Positions 49,286-60,646 of a DNA stretch of 64,000 nt are shown here, in pieces. Position 1 is the first letter of the stretch; each line of letters begins with the position of its first letter. The stretch covers positions 224,001 to 288,000 of the forward strand of contig CAVTET010000012.1 of assembly GCA_963733675.1 (NCBI GenBank). The letters are read 5' to 3'. Under the pieces are notes generated by a model. The model searched no databases, had not been told where the DNA came from, and saw only the letters and a program-made list of their open reading frames with translations. Made by a program: the position numbers and the translations under genes. Source of the stretch: an uncultured Methanosarcinaceae archaeon (GTDB lineage: Archaea; Halobacteriota; Methanosarcinia; Methanosarcinales; Methanosarcinaceae).

Positions 49286-49433
49286 TTTCAAGGAGAAGTT
49301 CACCAATATTAGATAAATAATTTATGCAAGCGTGGATAATCCTCTATTATTTGGTTGGTTTTGTTTCAAAAATAAAAGTAGAGTCATTTTTCGGTTTTTT
49401 TGTTTCGCATTTCAATGGTGCTTTATATCGGGG

Positions 49434-50663
49434 GAGTATATGAAATATGTGGCAGAAATCGAATATAATGGTGTGCCAATTGATACCGATCTACTTAATG
49501 AGTTACAAGAAAACTGGGAAAAAATAAAATTTAAATTAATCAAAATATTGACAAATTTGGAATCTACGAAGGAACCAGTTTTAAGATTAATAACTTTGAG
49601 AGATTACTTCAAGTCAATAATTGGATGTGGCCGAGAACTGATACAGGTCTGCCAAAAACCGATAAGGAAACTTTCAAGGAAATGACAGAAATCCATCCTG
49701 AAATAGGGCCTTTGAAGGAATTAAAAGCTCTCATCGGTGGGCTAAACTTTAAATCTATTATGGCTGGTTCAGATGGCAGAAGTCGAACCTTAATATTTCC
49801 CTTCTGGACCAAGACAGGTAGAAATGCCCCAAAGGATGACGAGGAAAAAAAGAATAGAGGAGAATTAAGAGTTAGGTTTATGTTTTGACTTCCTGCTAGT
49901 CTGAGAAGTCTAATAAAACCTATTGAGGGAAAAGTACTTGCGTATATTGATTATGCACAGCAAGAGTTCTTTATTGCAGCAGTTCTCTCTAAGGACCCAA
50001 ATATTATTGAGGCGTATCAGAGCGGGGATCCATATCTAGCTTTTGCAAAACTAGCAGGTGCTGTTCCAGCAGATGCTACAAAAGAAACGCATGGCACAAT
50101 ATTAGACAGCTCTTTAAATCGTGTGTCCTTGGAGTTCAATATGGTCTGGGTGCAGAATCACTTGGGTTTAAAATTGGTAAGCCTACACCTTATGCAAAGG
50201 AGCTATTGAGCCATCATAAAAGAATTTTCAAAAATTATTGGCGTTGGGGAGATATGATCTGGAATCAAGCCTGTTTAATGAAAAGGATCGAAACCTGCTA
50301 CAGATGGAAAATGATTGTTTCAGGATCCAGCAATAAGGAAATGTTAACCGGCCGAAATTTCCCAATTCAAGCCATTGGAGCTGAAATTATTAGAGTGGCA
50401 TGCATCCTTCTCTCGGAGAATAATATTAAAATTGTTGCTCCAGTTCACGATGCAGTGATGATTGAGTGCGACGAAAAGGCGGCAGACAAAGAGAGATAGC
50501 TAGAAAGCTTATGTGTGATGCATCGGAAATCGTTTTGGGTGCAGGTAACAGATTGAAAACAGATGTCGATATTGTCCGTTATCCTGGCAGGTATATAGCT
50601 GAGAAAGGTGCCGAAACTTGGGAGCTTATTACGCGGATACTCATGGAGATAAAACAAGAGTAA
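49434..50663 (+). pseudogene. Family A DNA polymerase (mobile-element type), 5'-truncated and fragmented
   Basis: GVPID; TKTGRNAP; motif A YIDYAQQEF; motif B RQLFKSCVLGVQYG; NFPIQAIGAE; motif C VHDAVMIE. Confidence 0.88.
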
Positions 50664-50873
50664 AACCCACCATAAATGCGGCTGAAAGATCCTGGGCAGA
50701 CTTTTCAATTTAACTGTAGAACTTAATCCCAATTTAGCTATAGAGCCATATTAATTAGCTGTACAGCTAAATTCCAAAGCCTTACAATATCGATTTGACT
50801 ACTTATATTTCTTTAGTATATCTTCTTTATTTCTACTTAATATTTAAAAGTAATATTTAATGGGAGTAAGATA

Positions 50874-51215
50874 ATGCTGGTGAATCCTAAAGATAAAATA
50901 AAGAGGTCTTTCATATCTCAAATGCCTTCAGATTGGATTATAAAGTTACCTTCCAATTCAGTGGGGCATACATACAGGGTGGCTATGTATATTTGGCATT
51001 TAAAAGGGGTGAAGAAATCTAATGATCTAGTAGTCACTTTGAAAGGGATAAATTCATTTTTACCTATCCCGGATTGGGCTTTTCCGAAAGCATTGGATGA
51101 GTTAGAAAAATGTGGGATGATAAAAACCATAAGAGGACGTGGTAAAAGTCCCGTAGTGACTGTTTTATGCAAAAATTGTTATGAAGGGTATCCAACTTTA
51201 AATTTCGATCACTGA
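50874..51215 (+). CDS. Putative winged-helix DNA-binding protein downstream of PolA
   Basis: KALDELEKCGMIKTIRGRGKSPVVTV is a wHTH-like wing; RBS GGGAG. Confidence 0.65.
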   Translation: MLVNPKDKIKRSFISQMPSDWIIKLPSNSVGHTYRVAMYIWHLKGVKKSNDLVVTLKGINSFLPIPDWAFPKALDELEKCGMIKTIRGRGKSPVVTVLCKNCYEGYPTLNFDH

Positions 51216-51313
51216 GATGAACTGAAAGTACATAGGTTATATGTCGTTTTCAATTTTCTTTATGCTCTTACAGTGCTTCCAAAACTTTGATTCGCTATTA
51301 AGGGAAATATATA

Positions 51314-52168
51314 GGATTCCGTTGCAAAAAATCCTTTCTAATGATACAATAGAATAAAACGAAAACCAAAGATAGTAATATGCTATCTAATTCCTTTAAA
51401 TGGAAGCATTATGAAGGAGAAATTATCCTATTGAATGTAAGATGGTACTTAAAATATCCATTGAGCTATAGAAATTTAAAGGAAATGATGATAGAAAGAG
51501 GAATTCAAGTTGATCACAGTACTATAATGAGATGGGTGCATCAATATTCCCCTGAACTAGAAAAGAAGATAAGAAGACATTTAAGACCAACAAATGATTC
51601 ATGGAGAGTTGATGAAACCTATATCAAAGTAAAAGGTAAATGGAAATGTCTTTATCGAGCAGTTGATTCCAATGTAGATACAATTGATTTCATGTTAAGT
51701 GCAAAACGAAACCGAAAAGCAGCGAAGAGATTTTTTAAGAAGGCTTTGAGTTCTAATCATAATCAAATTCCAAGAGTAATAACAGTTGATAAGAATCCAG
51801 CTTATCCACCTGCTATAGATAAACTGAAAAATAATAACATACTACCTAAAAACGTAGGCATTCGACAAATCAAGTATTTGAATAACATTATAGAACAAGA
51901 TCATAGATCTATAAAGCGAATCGTTAATCCAATGTTAGGATTTCAGTCTTTTCGATCTGCTAATAAGACTTTAAAAGGAATTGAAGCTATGAATATGATC
52001 AAAAAAAACAAGTCAATAATCTAAATTACTCTGTTCTTTGTGAAGTCAAATACATTAATCAATTGTTTGGTATAGTTTTATAATGTTAGTACATTTTCCT
52101 TTAATATTTTGATTTGTATTCATTACTTATAGATTTACATATTTTTTTGAATTTTTTGCAACGGAACC
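51314..52168 (+). mobile_element. IS6-family element (copy e); transposase 51380..52024 C-terminally frameshifted
   Basis: TIRs and DDE motifs; ends 2 bp from the ilvD stop; no TSD. Confidence 0.95.
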
Positions 52169-52170
52169 AC

Positions 52171-53832
52171 TCAGTCCACTATCCCTCCTGTATTTGCGGA
52201 ATGGACTGAACGCTGGTATTTGGCAAGGTAACCTGTGACTTCCTTTTTAGGTGGCACAAGAACAGCTTTCCGGTTCTTAAGCTCTTCTGTGGAAACCCTC
52301 AGGTTCAGGATCCTTTCAGGAATATTGATCTCTATCAGATCTCCATTTTTGACCAGGGCAATTGGTCCTTCTTCGCTAGCTTCTGGGGAAACATGTCCGA
52401 TACAGGGACCACGGGTTCCTCCAGAGAAACGTCCATCAGTTATAAGCGCCACAGATCCCAGCAGATCCATACCTCCAATTGCAGATGTGGCTGCAAGCAT
52501 TTCCCGCATCCCAGGACCACCTTTCGGGCCTTCGTAACGGATGACTACAATATCCCCGGGCTTCACTTCGCCTGCAAGAATACTTTTCATAGCTTCTTCC
52601 TCACAGTCATAAACTTTGGCAGGTCCTGAGTGAATATGCATTCTTGGGTCAACTGCTGTCTGCTTAACAACCGAGCCATCAGGTGCAAGACTGCCTTTAA
52701 GGATTGCAATTCCCCCCTGAGGATGAATGGGTTTATCTAGCGTTGCAATTATCTCTTTATTAAGCACTGGGTTAACAATCACTAGTTCATTAAGATTTTC
52801 CCCTATGGTTTTGCCATTAACCGTAAGCTGCTCGATATGAAGTTTAGAGAAAAGTCTCTGCATAACTGCCTGAACCCCGCCCGCTCTATCAAAATGTAAC
52901 AAGAAATTAGAGCCCCCAGGACGAAGAGAGATCAGATTTGGGATTGTTTGACTCAGTTCGTCAAATTTCCCTAGAGAGAGTTCTAGCCCAAATTCATGGG
53001 CAATAGCAGGGAGGTGCAGGGTAGTATTCGTGCTTCCTCCGATCGCCATATCTACCATTATGGCATTTTCGAATGATTTAAAATTAACAATTTTTTTGGG
53101 AGTCAGGTTCTCTATAACCATTTCCACTATACGTTCCCCAGTTTCCTTTGCAATTCTTGTCTTTTTTGCATCCACGGCATGAGCAGTTGCACAGCCTGGA
53201 AGGCTCATACCGAGAGCCTCAGTCATGCAAGCCATGGTATTAGCAGTAAACATCCCTGCACAAGATCCTGCTCCAGTGCAGGAAAGATTTTCGAGCCACT
53301 TAAGATCTGTATCGGATAGTTTTCCTACTCGGTGAGCTCCCACTCCTTCGGAGACTGAGATCAGATCCGTGTATTTGTCATTTACATAACCTGGGAGCAT
53401 CGGTCCTCCCGTTATAACAATTGAAGGGATATCAAGTCTACCTGCTGCCATAAGGTGCCCTGGCACAATCTTATCGCAGCTAGGAATTAGGACCATACCG
53501 TCAAATTGGTGGGCTTTAACCATCAGTTCAATTGTGTATTCAATAACTTCTCTGCTAGGGAGGGAATATCTCATACCCTCGTGGCCCATCGCTATTCCGT
53601 CACAAACACCTATAGTATGGAATTCAAAAGGAACTCCACCAGAGTTCCTGATCCCAGCTTTGACAGCTTCAGCAAGTCTATTCAGATGAATATGGCCAGG
53701 GATTATCTCATTCCACGAATTGACAACTGCGATGAACGGCTTCTTCATCTCGGCATCTGTGATACCAGTCGCTTTCAGAAGTGAACGGTGGGGAGCGCGT
53801 TCCGGCCCCTCTTTGATGATGGAGCTTTTCAT
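52171..53832 (-). CDS. ilvD: Dihydroxy-acid dehydratase
   Basis: [65 protein letters not shown]. Confidence 0.97.
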   Translation of the reverse strand: MKSSIIKEGPERAPHRSLLKATGITDAEMKKPFIAVVNSWNEIIPGHIHLNRLAEAVKAGIRNSGGVPFEFHTIGVCDGIAMGHEGMRYSLPSREVIEYTIELMVKAHQFDGMVLIPSCDKIVPGHLMAAGRLDIPSIVITGGPMLPGYVNDKYTDLISVSEGVGAHRVGKLSDTDLKWLENLSCTGAGSCAGMFTANTMACMTEALGMSLPGCATAHAVDAKKTRIAKETGERIVEMVIENLTPKKIVNFKSFENAIMVDMAIGGSTNTTLHLPAIAHEFGLELSLGKFDELSQTIPNLISLRPGGSNFLLHFDRAGGVQAVMQRLFSKLHIEQLTVNGKTIGENLNELVIVNPVLNKEIIATLDKPIHPQGGIAILKGSLAPDGSVVKQTAVDPRMHIHSGPAKVYDCEEEAMKSILAGEVKPGDIVVIRYEGPKGGPGMREMLAATSAIGGMDLLGSVALITDGRFSGGTRGPCIGHVSPEASEEGPIALVKNGDLIEINIPERILNLRVSTEELKNRKAVLVPPKKEVTGYLAKYQRSVHSANTGGIVD

Positions 53833-54727
53833 TGTAAATCTCCTTAGGATTTCATAGTTAGAATTCCAAGTTTAATTATAGTATAGATGTGAGAAGACTT
53901 AATAGTATAAACAAATTGGGGAATAAAAGACCGTGAAGATAGTAGTAGAATGTACTAAAACATTATATTGAAAGTGAAGATTGGACAAAGAATCCTTGAT
54001 AAACAACGAATTTTTCCCGTTTTTTATTCCTTATTCAGCTTTGAAAAACAAAGGGATGTTATCCAAATTCATTGAACTACGCATAATATTTAGAAAATAA
54101 GACCAGCTATATCTAACACACTTTCTGCAGTTGTACAAAAGAATGCCATCCATTAAACGGTGACAAAAATTAATTAAATACCATCAATTTTGAATGATTT
54201 TGATTCGTCTATACAACTTATCATCAAAGAAAAGAGCTGATAAATTGCATTATTCATCTCAGGTATAAAACCTTTTTTCAAGAAGTTTGTAAAAATTTGT
54301 GGCTAGTCAATATATGAACGAAATTTTCTAAGCCTTATTCGAAAAAACTTGATTGTTGAATCATTTGATGTTGAATCATTTCATTCAGTGAATTTGTGCA
54401 ATGATTTTTGAATTAATATTATCTGTTTCGTTATGTTTCAACACCATCATAACTCGTATATTTCGAACTATAACAGATATCTGCTTTATCACTGAACCAT
54501 AAATAAAAATCCAACAGTCATTTTTTGTAGGTTATAATAGCCTGATTTATTCTATTCAAGTATTTAAAAATGTACTTATAAACTTTCATGTATCTAATTT
54601 ACTATTTCCAATATCCCTTTTTTTTGTTAAGTATGAATCTAAAAGACCTTCCTTAAATATAGATTAAAAAAATAAAAAATGGCTGCAGTTAAATATATGT
54701 TCTATCAAAAATAAAATAGAGTCGTCC

Positions 54728-56710
54728 ATGCAAAAACAGACAATCTATGGAATCGATATCTCCAAAGGATCTCCACGGGGAAGGGAGCTTCCCAGATACT
54801 CACTTGCTATTCTCAAAGACGGTAAGGTTTCTCATCAAATAATGCTCAGTCGCCAGAAAATATTTAACATGATCCAGAGAGATAAGCCAGATATAATAGC
54901 TGTTGACAACATTTTTGAGCTTGCTGCAGACAGAAGCGAGCTTATTTCTCTCATGGAACGACTGTCTGAAAGCATTAAACTTGTTCAGGTAACAGGTGGG
55001 CTACACCCAGAATCGCTTGTTAGGATTGCGCGGGAACACGGGATTTCTTTTGATCCTAAAAATCCTAATGATGAGGCTGAAGCATGTGCTCGCCTTGCAG
55101 ACCTTGGAGTTGGATCTGAGTTATCTCTATTTGAAGATATCACAAAAATCAAGGTGAGCAGAGCACGTTCACTTGGAAGAGGGGGCTGGAGCCAAAATCG
55201 GTACCGTAGGAAAGTACATGGAGCTGTACTGCAACGGAGTAGAGAGATTGAAAATATTCTGAGAGACCTCTCGCGGGAAAAAGGTATAATATTCGAAGCT
55301 CTAAATGTAAAAGGGTTCGGAGGTTATGTCAGGTCTGAGTTTACTGTGTATGCAAAACGCGGAGAGATACCAATACATTCTATGGCAAGTAATGATGCGC
55401 AAGTAATTGTAAAAAGCGTAGAGCGAGATAAAATTCGCTATGTGCCCCTCAAACAGAAGAAACTGAGGCGTAGATTCACAATAGTGGGAATCGATCCAGG
55501 AACAACTGTGGGCATAGCTATTCTATCTCTCGATGGAGACCTTCTCTATTTAAAAAGTTTTAGGGGAATAGCTCCTGATGAAGTTGTCAAGCTCATTGCT
55601 GAATACGGAAAACCTGCTGTGATTGCCAGCGACGTTACTCCAATGCCAGTTTCGGTTGAAAAAATTAGGCGGAGTTTCAATGCAGTCCCTGCGAGCCCTG
55701 GAATTGAGATTTCTGCTGAGGAAAAAATTGCGCTTGGAAAGGCTTTCGGTTACTCAAATGATCATGAAAGGGATGCATTGACTGCGGCTCTTCTCACCTA
55801 CAAAAGTTACAAGAATATTTTTACTCGGATTGAAAAAAAAGCCCAAGTAGATGCAGATCTTGAGCTTCTTAAGCTCTACGTAATTCGGGGAGATTCAATA
55901 GAAGATGCAATTGAAAAAATCAGAGCACCAGGAGCTCTTGTAAATACAAGGGTTCAGAAGATTCCGGAAAATCCAGGTGAAAGAGTAATTGATGAATCCC
56001 TTCTAAAAATGAGGGAGATCATCCAGCGGCAGAGGGAGCAGATTCAAAACTTGCAAATATATCTTGAGGAATTAAAGAAAGAACTAGCCATAAAAGACAA
56101 GAAAACTTCAAAGCTTGAGTCCAAGTTGAACGGCTTTAAAAGAGAGGCTTACAGCGAAGTTCGTAAATTAAAAGAGATCAAGACAAGGGATGAAATTATA
56201 GAAAGCCTGAAAAAAGAGCTCGGTCATAAAAATAAAACTTTAAAGGAACTCCGACACCGTAGCAACAAACTTCGGAAAATCCGAAAAATGGAAATCAGCG
56301 GCGTAGGTACCCCTGTAAAGTTGATTACCGCTTTTACAAAGGAATCGATTGCTGAAACAAAAGAAAAATATGGGTTTAGAGAAGGAGATGTAGTTTTCCT
56401 GGAAAATCCAAGTGGAGGCGGAGCTTCAACAGCCCAGATCCTTGTAGAATCAAAAGTTAAGGCAGTACTCATCCAGGAAGACATTTCGCATGCAGCAGAG
56501 GAAACCTTCTTTAAAGGAGGTGTACCTGTCTTAAGGGGCATCCCACTTGAAAGGGCCGACGATTTTGCAATAATAGAACCTGAAGTCCTTAAAGCTGCAA
56601 TTTCTACCTGGGAAAAAGAAGCTGAGATAAAAAACCGCAGAGCTAAAGAAGATCATCTAAAGATCCTCTTTGAAGAATACAGGAGTGAGAGGCGCAGAGG
56701 TCTTGTTTAA
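54728..56710 (+). CDS. DUF460 domain protein (RNase H-like folds + coiled coil)
   Basis: GRGGWSQNRYRRKVH, IVGIDPGTTVG, NDHERDAL motifs; long coiled coil. Confidence 0.85.
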   Translation: MQKQTIYGIDISKGSPRGRELPRYSLAILKDGKVSHQIMLSRQKIFNMIQRDKPDIIAVDNIFELAADRSELISLMERLSESIKLVQVTGGLHPESLVRIAREHGISFDPKNPNDEAEACARLADLGVGSELSLFEDITKIKVSRARSLGRGGWSQNRYRRKVHGAVLQRSREIENILRDLSREKGIIFEALNVKGFGGYVRSEFTVYAKRGEIPIHSMASNDAQVIVKSVERDKIRYVPLKQKKLRRRFTIVGIDPGTTVGIAILSLDGDLLYLKSFRGIAPDEVVKLIAEYGKPAVIASDVTPMPVSVEKIRRSFNAVPASPGIEISAEEKIALGKAFGYSNDHERDALTAALLTYKSYKNIFTRIEKKAQVDADLELLKLYVIRGDSIEDAIEKIRAPGALVNTRVQKIPENPGERVIDESLLKMREIIQRQREQIQNLQIYLEELKKELAIKDKKTSKLESKLNGFKREAYSEVRKLKEIKTRDEIIESLKKELGHKNKTLKELRHRSNKLRKIRKMEISGVGTPVKLITAFTKESIAETKEKYGFREGDVVFLENPSGGGASTAQILVESKVKAVLIQEDISHAAEETFFKGGVPVLRGIPLERADDFAIIEPEVLKAAISTWEKEAEIKNRRAKEDHLKILFEEYRSERRRGLV

Positions 56711-56819
56711 GATTTACCTTTAAATTTCTCTTAAATTTAGAATGTATTTTAGTTCCTTAAAAAGCCTTTATTTCCTATCAGAAAAGATATTTTACCCTGT
56801 TACACTCAGAAGAATTAAA

Positions 56820-57655
56820 ATGATAACATCTGCATCCAGCAAATCCAAAAATCTTGGAGATTCGTCATCAACATGATAAAGCTCCAGCTTTGTGCATCTA
56901 GCTTAGTCAATGTATCTGCTGAAATCAGTTCTTAAAGGATTTTCCTGCTTCAGTGAACGAAGGACCAGAACATGGACATACGGCACGTCGGCATCATTAT
57001 ACAGTGAGCGGTGTCTCATCATCTCGAAGTGCTGGTGTGTTGCCTGTTTGATGCATTGAAATCATCGAATGTCTTTGCAAAACTTGCACCTTAGATAGGT
57101 AATTGGCTTATACCGTTGATATATCAGATGACTCAATTCCTAAGCACTCCAGAACTGTAGGTAACATATCGATAGCGTGGGCATACTGAGTGCGAATCTG
57201 GCCTTTAGCCTTAATTCCTCTTGGCCAGTGAACTATAAATGGGTTACTAATGCCGCCGCGATAAGTCTCTCGTTTCCAACGGCGGAAGGGTGTATTTACA
57301 GCAAATGTCCAGCCTCCTGCATAATGGTTGTAAGTCTCTGGATCCCAAATTTATCCGAGATGTGAGATTATCCTCTACATATTCAGGCACATTATTGAAA
57401 AATCTGAGCTCGTTAATTGATCCCATGGGACTACTTTGAGGTTTGCCCCGTCACGTGACATTACCATGATCAATGTATTCCCAAACTCACCAATATCTTT
57501 CAGGAACTAAAACTAGCGACTAATGTAGTAATCGGTAGGTCTGTTCTAGGAACCCAGCAAAAAACTCCACCTTGAGGGCATAGACTTTCTTATTTGAGAT
57601 GAGCATTGGTTCGAGGGCTTGACTGCCGGATCATGGCGAGATTTATTTCTTTTGG
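56820..57655 (-). pseudogene. Second, heavily degraded internal arylsulfatase fragment
   Basis: Nucleotide similarity to ~42100-43010 (shared gtaggtaacatatcgatagcgtgggcatactgagtgcgaatctggcctttagccttaattcctct). Confidence 0.88.
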
Positions 57656-58003
57656 AAATGTAAAACATTATACAGTAAAAATTAGATTAATCCTTATGAA
57701 TTAAAGCTGAATTCATATTTTAAGTAGTCTGGATTTACTAAATCTAGTCAAACAATAATCAAAAGTTTTTCTGAATTTCGACAAATTTGACTGGTAGTCT
57801 TAAGGATACTTCGTCCTTCAGATTGAAGTTGAAGTTCACAATTTAATTTTATTTCCAATATGCACTTAGTACTATTTTTCGATTTTTTTTCGTTAGGCGC
57901 CTCAGAAGGGTTAATTAATAAAAATTTGCTTTAGCAGATGAAAACTCAAACTTTAGTTATACTGTAAACTTAATTATGAAGATGTCAACTACTTAAAGAC
58001 TAA

Positions 58004-58872
58004 GAGCCTATTGGAAAAATAATATACTTTCAATTTCAGATCATGTGTGGTAATGACAAAACTGAAAATTGTTCAGCACTACGAACTTTCTGAAGATTAT
58101 TGGAAAAAATAGAACCTTTACTACTGTACCTAAGCCAAAAAAGAAGTCTGAAAGACCTAGAAAGGGTGATAGGAAAATAATGAGTGGCATTTTCTATCTC
58201 CTTGTTACTGGTTACCAATGGAAAGCATTGCCACGATTTTATGGAGCTCCAAGCACTGTACATGATCGATTTCAGGAATAGCGACGATCAGGCTTATTTG
58301 AGAGCATGTGGCTGGCTGGTCTTGTTGAGTATGATTTCGAAAAATGATTTAGAATGGGAATGACAATCAATTGATGGTGCTATGACAAAAACACCATTAG
58401 GTGGAGCTGGAACAGAAGCCAATCCTACTGATCGTGGCAAAAAAGGTACAAAAAGGATTGTTTTAACTGATGGTAAAGGCATACCACTTTCTGTTGTCGT
58501 TGATGGAGCCAATCGTCACGATAAAAAGCTTGTAAAAAGGACTTTAGACGCCATATTCTTTGAAAGACCTTCTCCAGAAGACATAATTCAGAATATATGC
58601 ATGGATAAGGGTTATGATTTCACAGATATCAGAAAATTGGTTGAAGACTATGGTTATACTGCGCATATCAAAAGTCGTGGAGAAGAAAACATAAGAAGGT
58701 ACATACCTGGTTTTAGGGCAAGAAGATGGGTTGTAGAAAGGGCACATTCTTGGTTGAATAGATTCAGAGACTCCTTATAAGATGGGAAAAGAAAATTGAA
58801 AATTACCTTGCTGTCCTACATTTAGCGTGCGCATTGATAACTTCAGATCAGCAGGACTTTTCGGATAGCCTC
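58004..58872 (+). mobile_element. IS5-family insertion sequence, defective copy 2
   Basis: Near-identical to the reverse complement of 4463..5333; flanks TAA/TTA. Confidence 0.92.
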
Positions 58873-59050
58873 TTATTCCTAAAAAAGAAAAAAGTTGAAG
58901 GTCTTATACTTATTTTTATGACCATTGCTAGTGGATTTTTTTCGGGTATTTTTGTGCAGGATTATAAAAGTATTTAGACCTATCTGCACTTCGCATATAA
59001 TCTTATTGTTTTTATATTTCTCAGTTGTTGTTATCTTTTATGGGTTAAGG

Positions 59051-59359
59051 CTAAACAATGGGGTTAAAATGGCCTGAAACTGTACCGGCTGGTATCTCTC
59101 CCAAGTAGGGGAAGCTGGTTGCTGGGGAAGGACAAGATACAACCCAGGCTCCTGCGCCATTATAAACATACTGACAAGGGCCTGACCAGTTCCAACCCCA
59201 GCCAAAGCTATCACCCCAGCTTCCTCCTCCTCCCCAAGGTCCACCACGGTACCAACCAGGACTTGCACTCGCTGTCACTGCTGTCAAAGATACTACGAAA
59301 AGGACTGCCAGCAAAATGGACAAAACCTTTTTCATTCTACTAGATATATGTTTCAACAT
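59051..59359 (-). CDS. Small secreted Gly/Trp-rich peptide with two Cys (family member 3)
   Basis: RBS AGGAGTGA; leader differs from member 2 at one of 32 residues; unrelated 70-aa core. Confidence 0.8.
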   Translation of the reverse strand: MLKHISSRMKKVLSILLAVLFVVSLTAVTASASPGWYRGGPWGGGGSWGDSFGWGWNWSGPCQYVYNGAGAWVVSCPSPATSFPYLGEIPAGTVSGHFNPIV

Positions 59360-60646
59360 CTATTTCACTCCTTTTTATCAAATTCTATACAATTTTAATC
59401 CGGTTGAAACTTGCGCAGCTAAATTGAAAAAGCACATTATTGACAACATTGTGATTGTCCTTTCAAATCTCGTTTATTTTGTATTCCTTTATCGACACTA
59501 GGACATTTGTATGTGATTCTCAGTTTAACTATGCAAGTTCAGGACCATTATTAATTATCATTATTATTTATAAATCATTTTATATTAATTCATATATATT
59601 CTTTAAAAGTGGCATCCGAATATTTATTAATTGTGCTTTATAGGTACTAAACAAGGTGTAAATAACAAAGTTATGTTTAAGAAGCAAAGTGGTTGTGGTA
59701 TCCTATAACTAGAAGCCAGTATTGAGATTAGTAGTCTCAATACTCCTTGATGTAAATGAATATTGGTAACAGGAAACAAGTATGTAATAATGGAACAGCA
59801 ATCACAACAGAAGATTAAGGAAGACAGTGCCTAAATTCCGATATTGGTCTTCTATATAACATTTGTACTCTTTAATCATTTTTTGGAATTTTTCTCATGA
59901 GTTACTCGCAGGGTAGAAGGTTTATAGACTTTATGCATTATTCTATATCCATCAGGCACTCTGCCACTGAAATTGGAAAAATGCATAGATTTTGTCACAC
60001 AAAAACTGTGCATCTTAGATTAAATAAGACTCTAAAATTGAGTACCTCAAACATTTAATATTCTTTACATATAGAATGTTTTATTAGTAGTTCAGAGAAT
60101 ACCAAAAAAGTTGGAAAATGACTAAATTATTCCCTATACTTCTTGATATTTGAACACTAGTTAGCAAGTCTAGTGAGCGAAAACTTAAAGGAATCTTCGC
60201 TTTTTTCTAATATAAGCCATGGTTGATTAAAGTTTCACCATTTTTTAACTTCTCCATGTATTTTAAAGATATTCAGCTTGCTTCAAAAGTGAATATATAA
60301 AGATGCCTATCCGAAAAATTATCAATTGCATGTTGTGAAGTGCCTAGGCAGGGAGCGGGAAAGACACATAAACTTTGTGAGCTCATTACCCATGGTGACG
60401 TTCGAATCTTGCAGTTAATAATTACCCATTAACTGATTAAAGATTCTACTTTAGAAGAATTATAAGGATATATTTTTATAATTTTCATTCCATAACATAT
60501 TTTCAAGATATCAAAGGTGAAATTTTTGGATGCCAAGAGTAGTAATCTTGATTCAGAAAAAATTTTAGTCTCATTTACCATACTTCTTTAATAGACAAAG
60601 TTAGATTAAAACTTGAAAGTGGTTCCCCTGTGTTAAAATTTTGCTT

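Noticed and set aside
58279-58281. In-frame TAG in the IS5 transposase as a pyrrolysine read-through codon
   Set aside because: It falls where a Trp is expected (TGG->TAG) and is followed by a TGA and frameshifts, so it is simple decay.
60340-60415. GTTCGAATC as a tRNA T-loop or attachment site
   Set aside because: Flanking bases do not form a T-stem or cloverleaf, and no tRNA was recognised anywhere in the window.
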